Shown piece by piece: positions 8,332 through 17,521 of a stretch of 37,355 nt of DNA; the first letter of the stretch is position 1; each line of letters opens with the position of its first letter. Location of the stretch: positions 1 to 37,355 of the forward strand of contig CAYSXV010000004.1 of NCBI GenBank assembly GCA_964435215.1. The letters run 5' to 3'. This stretch comes from an uncultured Candidatus Peribacteria bacterium. Its GTDB lineage: Bacteria; Patescibacteriota; Gracilibacteria; Absconditabacterales; Absconditicoccaceae. The notes under the pieces were generated by a model that saw only the letters and a program-made list of their open reading frames with translations, searched no databases and had not been told where the DNA came from. The position numbers and the translations under genes were made by a program.

Positions 8332-10665
8332 TTATTTCTGTTTAAATATTTTTCATTGCATTGCGATAAAATAATCTCTTAACCTTTCTTTTCATTTAGT
8401 CATAATTTCTCAAGCATTATCCAAAAATAATTTCCATTCTGAAGTAAATATTTCAGAAAAATATTCTTTTTCAAAGTCTTGTAATCATAATCATACAAGG
8501 ATATCATTTCAATCAAATCTTTCAGCGACTTCTTTTAGTTCGTCTCAGTCTTTTCATTTATTTGGTTGGCCATCAGTAATAATAATAGGCATAAGTAATA
8601 TATCACGATTTTTTACAAAAAATTCATCTCATTTTTCGAGAATATCTTCTAATCATGATGCAATATCTGTCCTACTTTGTAAATTACTTAACATTCTACT
8701 TATTATTCATTTATTTGAATAATATTGGTCATCAAAAGATTTAATTGAAGTAACTTTTGCTCAAAATGTATTTATATAAAATGGTATTCATAATCTCTCA
8801 CAAAATAATGACATAAAGATTGCAAATGCTAATACTTCAAGAGCGACATCAGACATAGAACCACTAACGTCGATACTTAATGACATTCATAATTGTATAC
8901 GTACAGAATTTTCTTCATCTTCTCTACCATATACATCGTAATGTCACATTTTTATTTTTCTTCATGCTCAAATAATATTATATATTTTACCAGAAAAATA
9001 ATCACCATCTATAGTAATATCTTTTAATTTTGGAATATCATTCATAAGATCTTGTATAAACTCTTCTACTAATGGAGCTATTCTCTGTTCTATAACCTGA
9101 TATTTTTGATAATCATATTCTTGATCTTCAGAGAATCATTGTTCTTTCATCTCTTCTAAAAATCTTTTTCTTTTTTCCAAAAGCATTTTTTTTCTATTCT
9201 GTATCATTTCTTCAGCGGCTTTTCTATTTTTATTTGTCTTTATATTTCATGCTTTTCACTCTTGTTCTTCAAGTTTTTTCCAATCTTTATAATCAAAATC
9301 TTTTATAGTCGATGCAATATCATCAACAGCTTTTTTATCTTTATGAAATTGTTTGATCATATCTTCAATCCTTTTTTGTAGATTATCATCTGGGATTTCT
9401 GATCAAGGTTCTTTATCTTTTCAAGTAGGTTTTTTACTAGATGGAACAATATTTCATTCATCATCAGTATCCCAATCAAATTGAGGCATAGATTTTTTGA
9501 CTTCTTTGAGACCATCATTATCTATTTTTTTCTTTGCACGATCTATGTATGGTTGTTTCTCTTCAGGAGAATTATTTTTCCGCTCTTCATCAATTTTACG
9601 TTGAACTCATTTTTTTTCTATAGGTGTTAAATCTTTGTTGTTGGGCACGTCATCTAGAGAATCCAAAAGATCATCTAAAACTGAATTTCATCATGGTTGA
9701 GATGAATTGGATCATGGGTTGGGTTCAGATTTATTATTTTTTTTTCATTTTTTTGATTTTGATTGAATTAATTTTTTTAATTCTTCTAAATATTTCATAA
9801 GTTTTGCTTGATCATCAACATCTTTTTTAAGAATATCTTCAAGTATAGGCCAAAAGGTAATATTTTTTATTCATATTCTTTTATCGTTATCCATACTGAT
9901 ATCAGCAATCTGTTGTAGATATGGTTTAGCATTTTCTAAATGGATTTTCACTTCATCTGTAATATCTACTTTTACGTTATAATCATTTGGAAAATAATTA
10001 TTTAAATAATAATAAATAACAGCTATTTCAAATTGTTTGATTCTAGGTAGATGCTGAGCAGAAAGTACTCATGTAGAAAATGGTGCTTGTATGTGTCTAT
10101 AAAGCATCTTTATACCATTTTTTCTAACGGCATTTGTTTTTGCTCTCATAGAGTTGATGTAAAAATCTTCTACAACATTAAAAAACCTATGAATAGGAGA
10201 AGATGGAAGTTGTTTGTGATATGCTATCCTATTGCATCTTACAACGTCTTTGAAATCAGATGATAGTGCGTGTTGCATTTCATGTCATTGTACTTCACGC
10301 AATAATTGATCATCTAATTGTAACATCATAGAAAGACTATAGTAGAGATATTTGGGTTCAAAAAGCTCTTCAGGAATTTTTTTAATAGAATAATTTCAGT
10401 TCATATATCATGGAATATATTCATCGATCTCTTCTCCCAATCAACAAGCAAAAGTATCTCAGTCCTTTAATGGTCTAAGAGTAAGCTTTTTGGGGGATAT
10501 ACTGATGAGATATTCTAAATATTCCAACTTGTTTTCTACTAGAGTTTCCAATGCTTCATCAGAAATTTCATCTCAATCAAATAATTGTTTAGCTAAATAA
10601 GCATTGGACAAATTGGGCTCAGTATAATCCGCATATTGAAGTACATCAAATGTTTTGTTTTTCAT
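8332..10665 (-). CDS. HExxH metallopeptidase-like plus von Willebrand factor A (MIDAS) domain protein, 777 aa (resembles the DUF2201_N/DUF2201 partners of MoxR ATPases)
   Basis: The table-25 frame was checked codon by codon and has no TAA/TAG. HEMQH lies at 10270-10284. A charged Lys/Glu/Asp-rich linker follows. The C-terminal vWA domain has the MIDAS motif DVSGSMS (8851-8871) and IIITDGQPN. Its ATG (10663-10665) is 2 nt after the stop of the AAA gene. Confidence 0.8.
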
Positions 10666-10667
10666 TT

Positions 10668-13346
10668 TTATGTATTTGGAGTCTGATTAAAGAGTGTTTC
10701 TAATTTTAGATTTTTATTTGTTCAATAATTTTTTACTTCTTCAAGAACTGTTTCTCTTGATAGAGTTTTTAAATCATTTTTTATAGTTTCTCTATCAGAT
10801 AGAGAGGGGATAGAGTTTATATAAACTTCGATAAACGCCTTTTCAGGAGTATATCATAAACAAAGTAAATATAGCATTTTATTTAAATCTCTTTGTGAAA
10901 CAGAAGATGTTATCTTGCTTGATCTATCTATACCAGTCATTTTCTGGATATATTTACTGCGGAAATAATGAGCATACAAAAGTATTTCATTTATAGATTC
11001 GATTCATTTAATAAATTCTGGATTATAAGAAGATGTCTGTTTTTTATTTATAATATCATTCCATACCTGGATAAATTCTCTATCAGAAAGATATGAATCT
11101 TGCATCTTTGATATTTTTTCTTTTTGATCTTCACGTAATCAGTTACCATTGTGTTCTCTGATAATATAATATTTGATTTCATCAACATCACTTTGTGTGA
11201 ATCCTTCCTTAGATAATAATTTATAAAAATAAGGTACATTTTTGTATGTCATCAAAGCTTCATCATAGTTAACTATATTGTCTGTTATCAGGCTAGGATA
11301 GTCAATAAATTGAAAAAACGCTCTGCTAGAAATTTCAGCTGATAAAACATTGTTTCATTTATATACGTGTGTATTTGGATTCATTGTACCAAATATAAGC
11401 ACACTTTCTTTTGCTTTTTTTGAAGTATCACTATGAGGGAAATATAATTTTCTTCTCATATCCAATAGAGAATTTAATAATTTTGCTACTTCAGGACGTA
11501 GACTGTTAATCTCATCAAGAACCAATATAGCTCATTCAGTTTCAATAGCTTTTACTACTTCAGAATTTAATTTATATGTACCATTTTTATCTATAAGCCA
11601 TAGGTATGTCATATCATCTTTAGTGGTTTTTTCATTACAAGCAAAATTGAATACTGGTCTACCAGTATAATGAGCAAAAATATCTATTGCTACATTTTTA
11701 CCTACACCAGCTTCTCATTCTAAGATACCAAATCAATCTTGAGTAAGTAATTGATACTCAGATAGATGTACTATTTTATGTAATATCTCCATCACTGATG
11801 GAGGAATAACTATTTTAGAATTTAATTCTGGTGCTTTTTTGAGAGCAGAAAACAATCATGGCATAGCATTTATTTTTCTGATAACTCTAAAATAATGAGG
11901 AATATTTTTTTCTATTTCATCTCTTACTTCATGTAAACGCATCTGTAATTCTTGATATTCTGCAGATTTTTTATCTTCAAAGCGAATCAAAGAATCTGTT
12001 AATCTCACTTCTTCAGCAAATAATTCATTACATTCTTGGGTTTTATGAAATGTTGTATATTCTTTCATCATCTTTTTATATTCTTCTTCAGTCATCTTAT
12101 ATGGATTTTCTGGTCTGATTTTTTTCTCATCAGAAGCTTTGATAATTTTTCAGGATTTGATATCTTTTATATTTAGATGTACATTATCATCTACAATTTC
12201 AGGTTCTGCTTTCCATAAACTATTTGGTTTGTATAAGAATCTAGGAAAAACTGCTGATCCAAAATGGACTTCATCTCATCTAACTTTTATTTTAGGGAGA
12301 TTGATCTGTAGTGTAAGTAATTGTTCTTTTTTAAGATCTTCAAGTATTCAAATTAAATAAGTTTTTTTATCCTCAGATAAAAAATTTAATAAAGATTTCC
12401 ATTGTTTAATAATATCTTTTTGTCAGTAAGCTTCCAATTCTTCCTTGCTATGTAATGTTTCGATATCTTCACTGATTACTGTATTTACAAAAATTTCACA
12501 TAGAGTATATATCTCTTTGGTATATGAATCTTTGACATCATCACAAAGTTTTATAAAAAATTTAGCTTCTTCTTCATCTCAAGCAAGCTCTTCATTTTTT
12601 TTATATATAACATCATTCATCTCATCAATCAAAATAGCTATGGGGACAAAAATATCTTTGGTCTTTTGAGCATGACGTAGTTCTTGCACGATACTGTGTT
12701 TTTTTTCATATACCTGTTTGAAATGATCTTGAATATAAGCATTACTAATCAATTCATGAGCGTATGTATAAGATTGGTCATCTAAATATCATTGCTCCAT
12801 AAAATATTTCAATTCTTTTTCGATATTTTTGGAATATTGATAATCGAGAGAAACATTGGAACATATATTTGTTGTCCATTTTAAAAGATTTTGTTGGAAT
12901 AAAGAACTAATAGTATTGCGTAATTGAGTTTTAAGAAAATCTTCTGCTTCAGGATCTCATGTAGCAAAATCATAGGAAATAAGATCATTTATATCATCAC
13001 GTAAAGATTTTTTATTATTTAATAAACTATCATACATATTATTTTCGAGTGAATTTTGTAGTGATTTCCAAGTCTTAGCTTTGGCTTTTTTATGCTGATT
13101 TAGCATGATTTTGATTAATTGAGGAAAAATATCAGTAATCAATTTACTAATCATTTCTTTTTCTTCTTGTGGAATATTGTCACGTGAAAGTGAATCCAAA
13201 AGCTGTTTCTGGACTTCTACTATCATATGTACATCAGCAAAACGATATTCGCCGATATCAGTATTTGATTTAATCTGACTTAATATTTTTGATATACGTG
13301 CCATACTCATGTTGTTGTCTTTTAAGAAATTAAATATTACATTCAC
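10668..13346 (-). CDS. Large MoxR/AAA_5-type AAA+ ATPase, 892 aa, with an uncharacterised helical N-terminal region of about 470 aa
   Basis: The table-25 frame was checked and is continuous. Walker A is GEAGVGKN (11694-11717). Walker B plus the AAA_5-like segment reads AILVLDEINSLRPEVAKLLNSLLDMRRK (about 11455-11538), followed by ...VLIFGTMNP. The ATG at 13344-13346 overlaps the RT stop by 10 nt. Confidence 0.8.
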
Positions 13347-14926
13347 ATATCAGCACCATTTACAATAGAGTAAGAATAATAATTTTTCTTAGCATTTATT
13401 TTTGGGAAATGTTGTTGTTTAGCTGATCGATAATATTTTTCAAATTCATCTGCGACATGTCATTTTAATACTTCACTAGGTCTATTTTCTAATCATTGTC
13501 ATTTTACATCGGCTATGAAACTTCTTATACCATTCAGAGTGTCTGCAAGTAGTAGACCATCAACTTTACCTGTTTTAGGATCTTTGAATTTAATAGGTAA
13601 ATTACTTGGAGCAGTAGCTGCTGTCCTAGCAAATCAAATATATCTTGTCATTTTTTCTTGTGATATTCATAGTCTTCAATCATGACCTATCATGATACCA
13701 TTTACTTCTCTTGCTGTAGAAGCATTACGTCATCGAGATTTACTTTTACTATGCTTTATCTTCCATCAATTATGATTAACTATAGTCTGGATCTCTTGTT
13801 GTAAAAAATCCATTCAATCTGTTCATGGAGTCATATTTACAAATTTTAAGTATCTATCTATTTCTCATATTATGTTGTATCTAGTTTGTTCGAAAACTTC
13901 TATATTATTAAATTGATTATTTGCTGCGTAATCTAATATCTTTTGTTTAATTTTAAGTAACAATGCTCTTACTCTTCATCTGTTATATTCATCATCAAAT
14001 ATTACAGGACATTTTACAAGTTCATTGATATCATTTGATATAGATTGTATCTGAAAAACTGATTCTAAACCACTTTCAGCTTTGTTACTAAAAGTACTTT
14101 CAAGTTTATTATTTGTCTGTATAAGTTGTTGTTCTATATTTATATAATTTTTAAAATCTTTGAAACTGATTGCTATATCATCTATATATCTACTATACAA
14201 TGCATCACTTACAGGTGAAGCTTGGTTATATAAAAATTTTAATATATCCTGATCTGTCTTTGCAAATACAATATTTAATATGCGTGAACTTGTAGGTGCT
14301 CACTGTGGTAATTCATCATTTAATGTAATCAGAACTGTAAGATAAACAAAAAATATTTTCTTTTGTTCTTCATTGAGATAGGGGAATGATAGTTCTAGAT
14401 TTTTGGACATAGCTGTAGAAAGATTTTTATATACTCTATATGCATTTACACTTGGATAAGCATTTTTGATATCAGTAGTATATAAATATTTATTTGGTCT
14501 ATGTAATAATGCATTCTTTTTTGGGCTTGTTCATTTTTCACCACCGACAGTAGCTATAGAAACAGGTACATTTCTAAGAACGTCCAATAAATTCTCTTGA
14601 ATCTGTTTTAAAGGATCGGCAGGAGCGTTTATTGTTCTATATTCTTTTCAATCAGCTTTAAGGATTTTAAATTGAAAATATCATTGAGAAACTTCTTCCT
14701 CTCTGCTGCTGTTTTTTAAGGTAACGGTAGCGAGTGATTTTTCTTTAAGTTTCAATTTAATAACATCGATAAGTGTAGTTATGCTGCAACCACAAAAGTG
14801 AGATAAGGCCTTTAAAATTTCCTTGTCTAGATTGTCTACTGACTTTCTCAGGATATCTTTTTGTTCTTCCAAAAAGTGTTGGTTCTTATCCAAAATTTCT
14901 GCATCTTTATTTTCGGGTGTATGCAT
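13337..14926 (-). CDS. Retron-type reverse transcriptase, 529 aa
   Basis: Manual table-25 translation shows YRTINAPADPLKQIQENLL (motif 1), SPKKNALLH (retron NAxxH region, 14501-14515), YLYTTDIKNAYPSV (motif 2), LPQGAPTSSRILN (motif 4), and YSRYIDDIAISF (YxDD, 14177-14188). REVNGIMIG sits at the position of the retron VTG motif. Stop is TAA at 13337-13339. Confidence 0.9.
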
Positions 14927-14958
14927 GGTTATATTAAATATATATAAATTTATATAAT

Positions 14959-14986
14959 CTTATAATTATTTACTAGTAAATGTCAA
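14959..14986 (-). promoter_or_regulatory. Promoter of the RT operon (TTGACA-N16-TATAAG), copy 1 of a triplicated promoter module
   Basis: On the minus strand, TTGACA is at 14986-14981 and TATAAG at 14964-14959. The block TATAATTATTTACTAGTAAATGTCAATA recurs at 15311-15338 and 15633-15660. Confidence 0.65.
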
Positions 14987-15011
14987 TACGAAGGACTAGA
15001 AAATTTAGAAC

Positions 15012-15303
15012 AAAAAAAGCCCCTGAATGGGGCAAGTGGTACAATGCTTGAGATAGGTCAACGGCAAATAAAGAGCAAATATAGAGCAAATTAAGAGCAA
15101 ATGAGGAGCAAGGAAATGTAGATATAACAAGGGTTATAGTGCTATCTGGAGATTTCTCTAGAGATTTCTCTAGATAGTTATCCGGAGTTATCTGAGTAAT
15201 ATTTCATTTCCACTTTATCTCAATCATCAATGTCTTGTCTCGCAATATGCGGGGACTTCAACAGGAAAGATCCTGTAACGACTAAGAAGGCGTAAGCCTC
15301 GGG
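15012..15303 (-). ncRNA. RT-associated structured RNA, paralog 1 (msr/msd-like candidate), with its own promoter and terminator
   Basis: A promoter sits at 15309-15336. The 5' scaffold of about 110 nt has three hairpins: GAGGC-UUAC-GCCUU, CAGG-AUCUUU-CCUG, and GUC..CGCA-UAU-UGCG..GAC. The closing stem AAGUGG/CCACUU (15211-15216 / 15034-15039) encloses an insert of about 170 nt. The terminator is GCCCC-loop-GGGGC (15019-15033) plus U7. Confidence 0.7.
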
Positions 15304-15308
15304 GACAA

Positions 15309-15336
15309 TATATAATTATTTACTATTAAATGTCAA
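15309..15336 (-). promoter_or_regulatory. Promoter of RNA paralog 1 (TTGACA-N16-TATATA)
   Basis: On the minus strand, TTGACA is at 15336-15331 and TATATA at 15314-15309. It lies immediately downstream of the paralog-2 terminator. Confidence 0.65.
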
Positions 15337-15343
15337 TAGAAGT

Positions 15344-15624
15344 AAAAAAAGAAAAAGCCCCTAAATGGGGCGAGTGGAAGCATGATTTAATAATGTGGTT
15401 TGTGGTGTTCCTTAGTTAGGAATTGAGTTAGGATTTTAGTACGTTGGTATTGAACGTTGCGAAATGTTGTTTCGCATTGCGAATATCAGTTTTCCCTAGT
15501 TATCCGTGGTTATCCCGATAGAATTACCTTTCCACTTTATCATAATCATCAATGTCTTGTCTCGCAATATGCGGGGACTCCAACAGGAAAGATCCTGTAA
15601 CGACTATGAAGGCATAAGCCTCGA
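15344..15624 (-). ncRNA. RT-associated structured RNA, paralog 2, with its own promoter and terminator
   Basis: Its scaffold and promoter are about 135 nt near-identical to paralog 1 (15527-15660 against 15196-15338). The insert (15380-15530) is completely different. The closing stem is AGUGGAA/UUCCACU. The terminator is GCCCC-loop-GGGGC (15357-15371) plus a U-run. Confidence 0.7.
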
Positions 15625-15630
15625 GGGCAA

Positions 15631-15658
15631 TATATAATTATTTACTAGTAAATGTCAA
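15631..15658 (-). promoter_or_regulatory. Promoter of RNA paralog 2 (TTGACA-N16-TATATA)
   Basis: On the minus strand, TTGACA is at 15658-15653 and TATATA at 15636-15631, about 12 nt after the helicase stop codon. Confidence 0.65.
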
Positions 15659-15669
15659 TAGTTAGATTT

Positions 15670-17052
15670 TTATGTCATATTTTCTTGAATAAATTTTTTG
15701 ATTGCTGGATGGAAAAACAGATGTCTCCTTTCTATCTTAGTTAATAATTTAATACCAGCTAAAGTCCTTGATCTGCTAAGTGCTGTATATGCTTGTCATC
15801 AAGTAAAGATACCATAAAGATCTAGTGTACAAGCATCGAAAGTCATTCACTGTGATTTATGGATAGTGATAGAGTAGGCGAGTTTCAATGGTAGCTGTGA
15901 ATAGGTTCATAAGATATCTTCTTGGACTGCTCATTTATCAGTAATAGTAACTTCTTTGTTATATCGAGTTTCTGGTAAGATAGAAATAGTTTCGTTTCAT
16001 ATTTCGACATCAACGAAGTCTTCTCATAGACCTTGTACAAATCACATAGATCAATTGATCCATCTACCTGACATATCGTTGGTAATCATCATGACCTTTG
16101 CTCATTTTTTTAATCTGAGTATATCATCAGCCTTTTTCATACCGTCTGGAAATTTTCATTCAGTTTCTCAATGATAGAGATATTCTTTTCATGATAGTTC
16201 AAATAATTTTTTATTATTTACTGTATCTACTTTGTTTCTATGAGTAGATAATAAAATCACATCTGAATCTGCTTCTCATAGTTGTTTATTTAATACAGAG
16301 AGATGAAAATCTGATATATCTTCATTTCTTATAGCATCTAGAATATCTCAGAAAAATTGATCATGTTCTTGTCTATAATTTTTTTTCAATTCTATGATAT
16401 CATATGGCAGTTTATTTTTAAATGTAATAGAATCAAAAAACCATTCGCTCTCATAATGATTTGCAAATTTATCTTTCCAATCTTGATTACTTACAGGTGG
16501 TAGTTGAAAAACATCTCAAACGAAAATAACTGGCTTACCTCAGAAAGGTTTCCTGGCTAGGCTAGAATCTCAGGTTTCTTTTGCGATATTATATGACATC
16601 AAAAAATTAATACAGTCTATAGTACTAGAGTTCAACATGCTGATTTCATCTATGATAACAAATGGCACATTCATAAGTGTTTTAACTTTTTTCTTTTTGA
16701 GTTTATATTGTCTATTTTTTTTATCTTTTAAATAATGTTGAATATCTTTGAAATATACATTCTCGATTCATAAAGAAAAAAAAGAATGAACAGTCTGTCA
16801 TCATATATTGAGTGCTGAGATACCTGTAGATCAGAGTGCTAGAGGTGGCTTGGATATACCTGTACAAAATTCTATCACATCTTTGATAAGAGTAGATTTT
16901 CCTGTACCTGCTTTACCAGTCAAGAATATACAATTATCTGTAGTATTTAGTTGATTTAGAAATGACAATGCATCAGGATTATCTTTTCGTTTATTTAGAA
17001 TTTTTTTGTATCTAGTTTTTACATCAGAGGATAAGTTATCAATATTTAGCAT
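15670..17052 (-). CDS. PIF1/RecD-like superfamily-1 DNA helicase, 460 aa
   Basis: The table-25 frame was checked and has no stops. Motifs: Walker A LTGKAGTGKST, GSTGISALNIGGQTVHSFF, Walker B VIIDEISM, VGDVFQLPPV, and C-terminal AYSITIHKSQGMTFD. Confidence 0.85.
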
Positions 17053-17080
17053 AAGTAGAGTAGTCGTTGTAGAGTAAAAA

Positions 17081-17479
17081 TTATAATCCTATTTTATTTG
17101 CGATTAGGTAAGTTATTATTGAAACAGATGCTGCAAGAGTTGCTCACCATAATAAATCAATAATAGTAACCAATAATGGCCATCCTTTTATTGTAGCCAA
17201 ATTAGTCAGATCGTATGTTGCATATGTTATCAAACCAAATAATGCACCTAATAATAATGCTTGTATCCATGAACCTTTTTCAAGTGCTGGTCTAATGACA
17301 AATATAACTAGTCCAACGATAAATAATAGATAGAAAATAATTGCTGCTGATCGATTGATATTATTTTTCATTAAAAATCATAGTTGTTTAGCATAGAAAT
17401 TTTTTGCTACTAATCCAAGCCATACCATATCAATAGCAAAAAAAACTGATAGAGCTATTGCATAAAGTTTTATAAACAT
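17081..17479 (-). CDS. DUF2177-like small integral membrane protein, 132 aa
   Basis: MFIKLYAIALSVFFAIDMVWLGLVAKNFYAKQLGFLM...GLITYATYDLTNLATIKGWPLLVTIIDLLWGATL.... It has four hydrophobic segments, and TGA=Gly read-through joins the fragments in the ORF track. Confidence 0.6.
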
Positions 17480-17521
17480 TTTTTTTATCTGAAAAGAATA
17501 AAATTTATTTATAATTTTTTT

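Noticed and set aside
12139-12669. Plus-strand track ORFs at 12139-12360 and 12445-12669 (also 10051-10263, 15956-16174, 28004-28874, 31541-31891, 32550-34798) might have been genes.
   Set aside because: All lie antisense to long, motif-bearing table-25 genes on the minus strand (the AAA ATPase, vWA protein, helicase, TPM protein, DnaB, M20 peptidase, TPR protein, PSP1 and FtsH). They have low-complexity Ser/Phe/Leu-rich translations typical of antisense AT-rich frames.
15000-15660. The repeated blocks upstream of the RT might have been a CRISPR array.
   Set aside because: There are only two adjacent copies plus one distant copy. The repeat unit is about 135 nt and includes a promoter. The 'spacers' are about 170 nt and each copy has its own terminator. 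There are no short 25-40-nt repeats and no cas genes.
13337-15660. The RT locus might have been a diversity-generating retroelement (TR/VR) or a group II intron.
   Set aside because: The RT motifs are retron-like (NAxxH, LPQGAPTS, YIDD, VxG) rather than DGR-like. No template/variable repeat pair with A-specific mismatches is visible. There is no maturase X or endonuclease domain, no intron domain V/VI-like structure and no flanking exon continuity.
6518-17052. The RT cluster might sit on a prophage, an integrative element or an IS.
   Set aside because: No integrase, transposase, recombinase, terminal inverted repeats, tRNA attachment site or phage structural genes are visible in the window. 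Mobility cannot be supported from this sequence alone.
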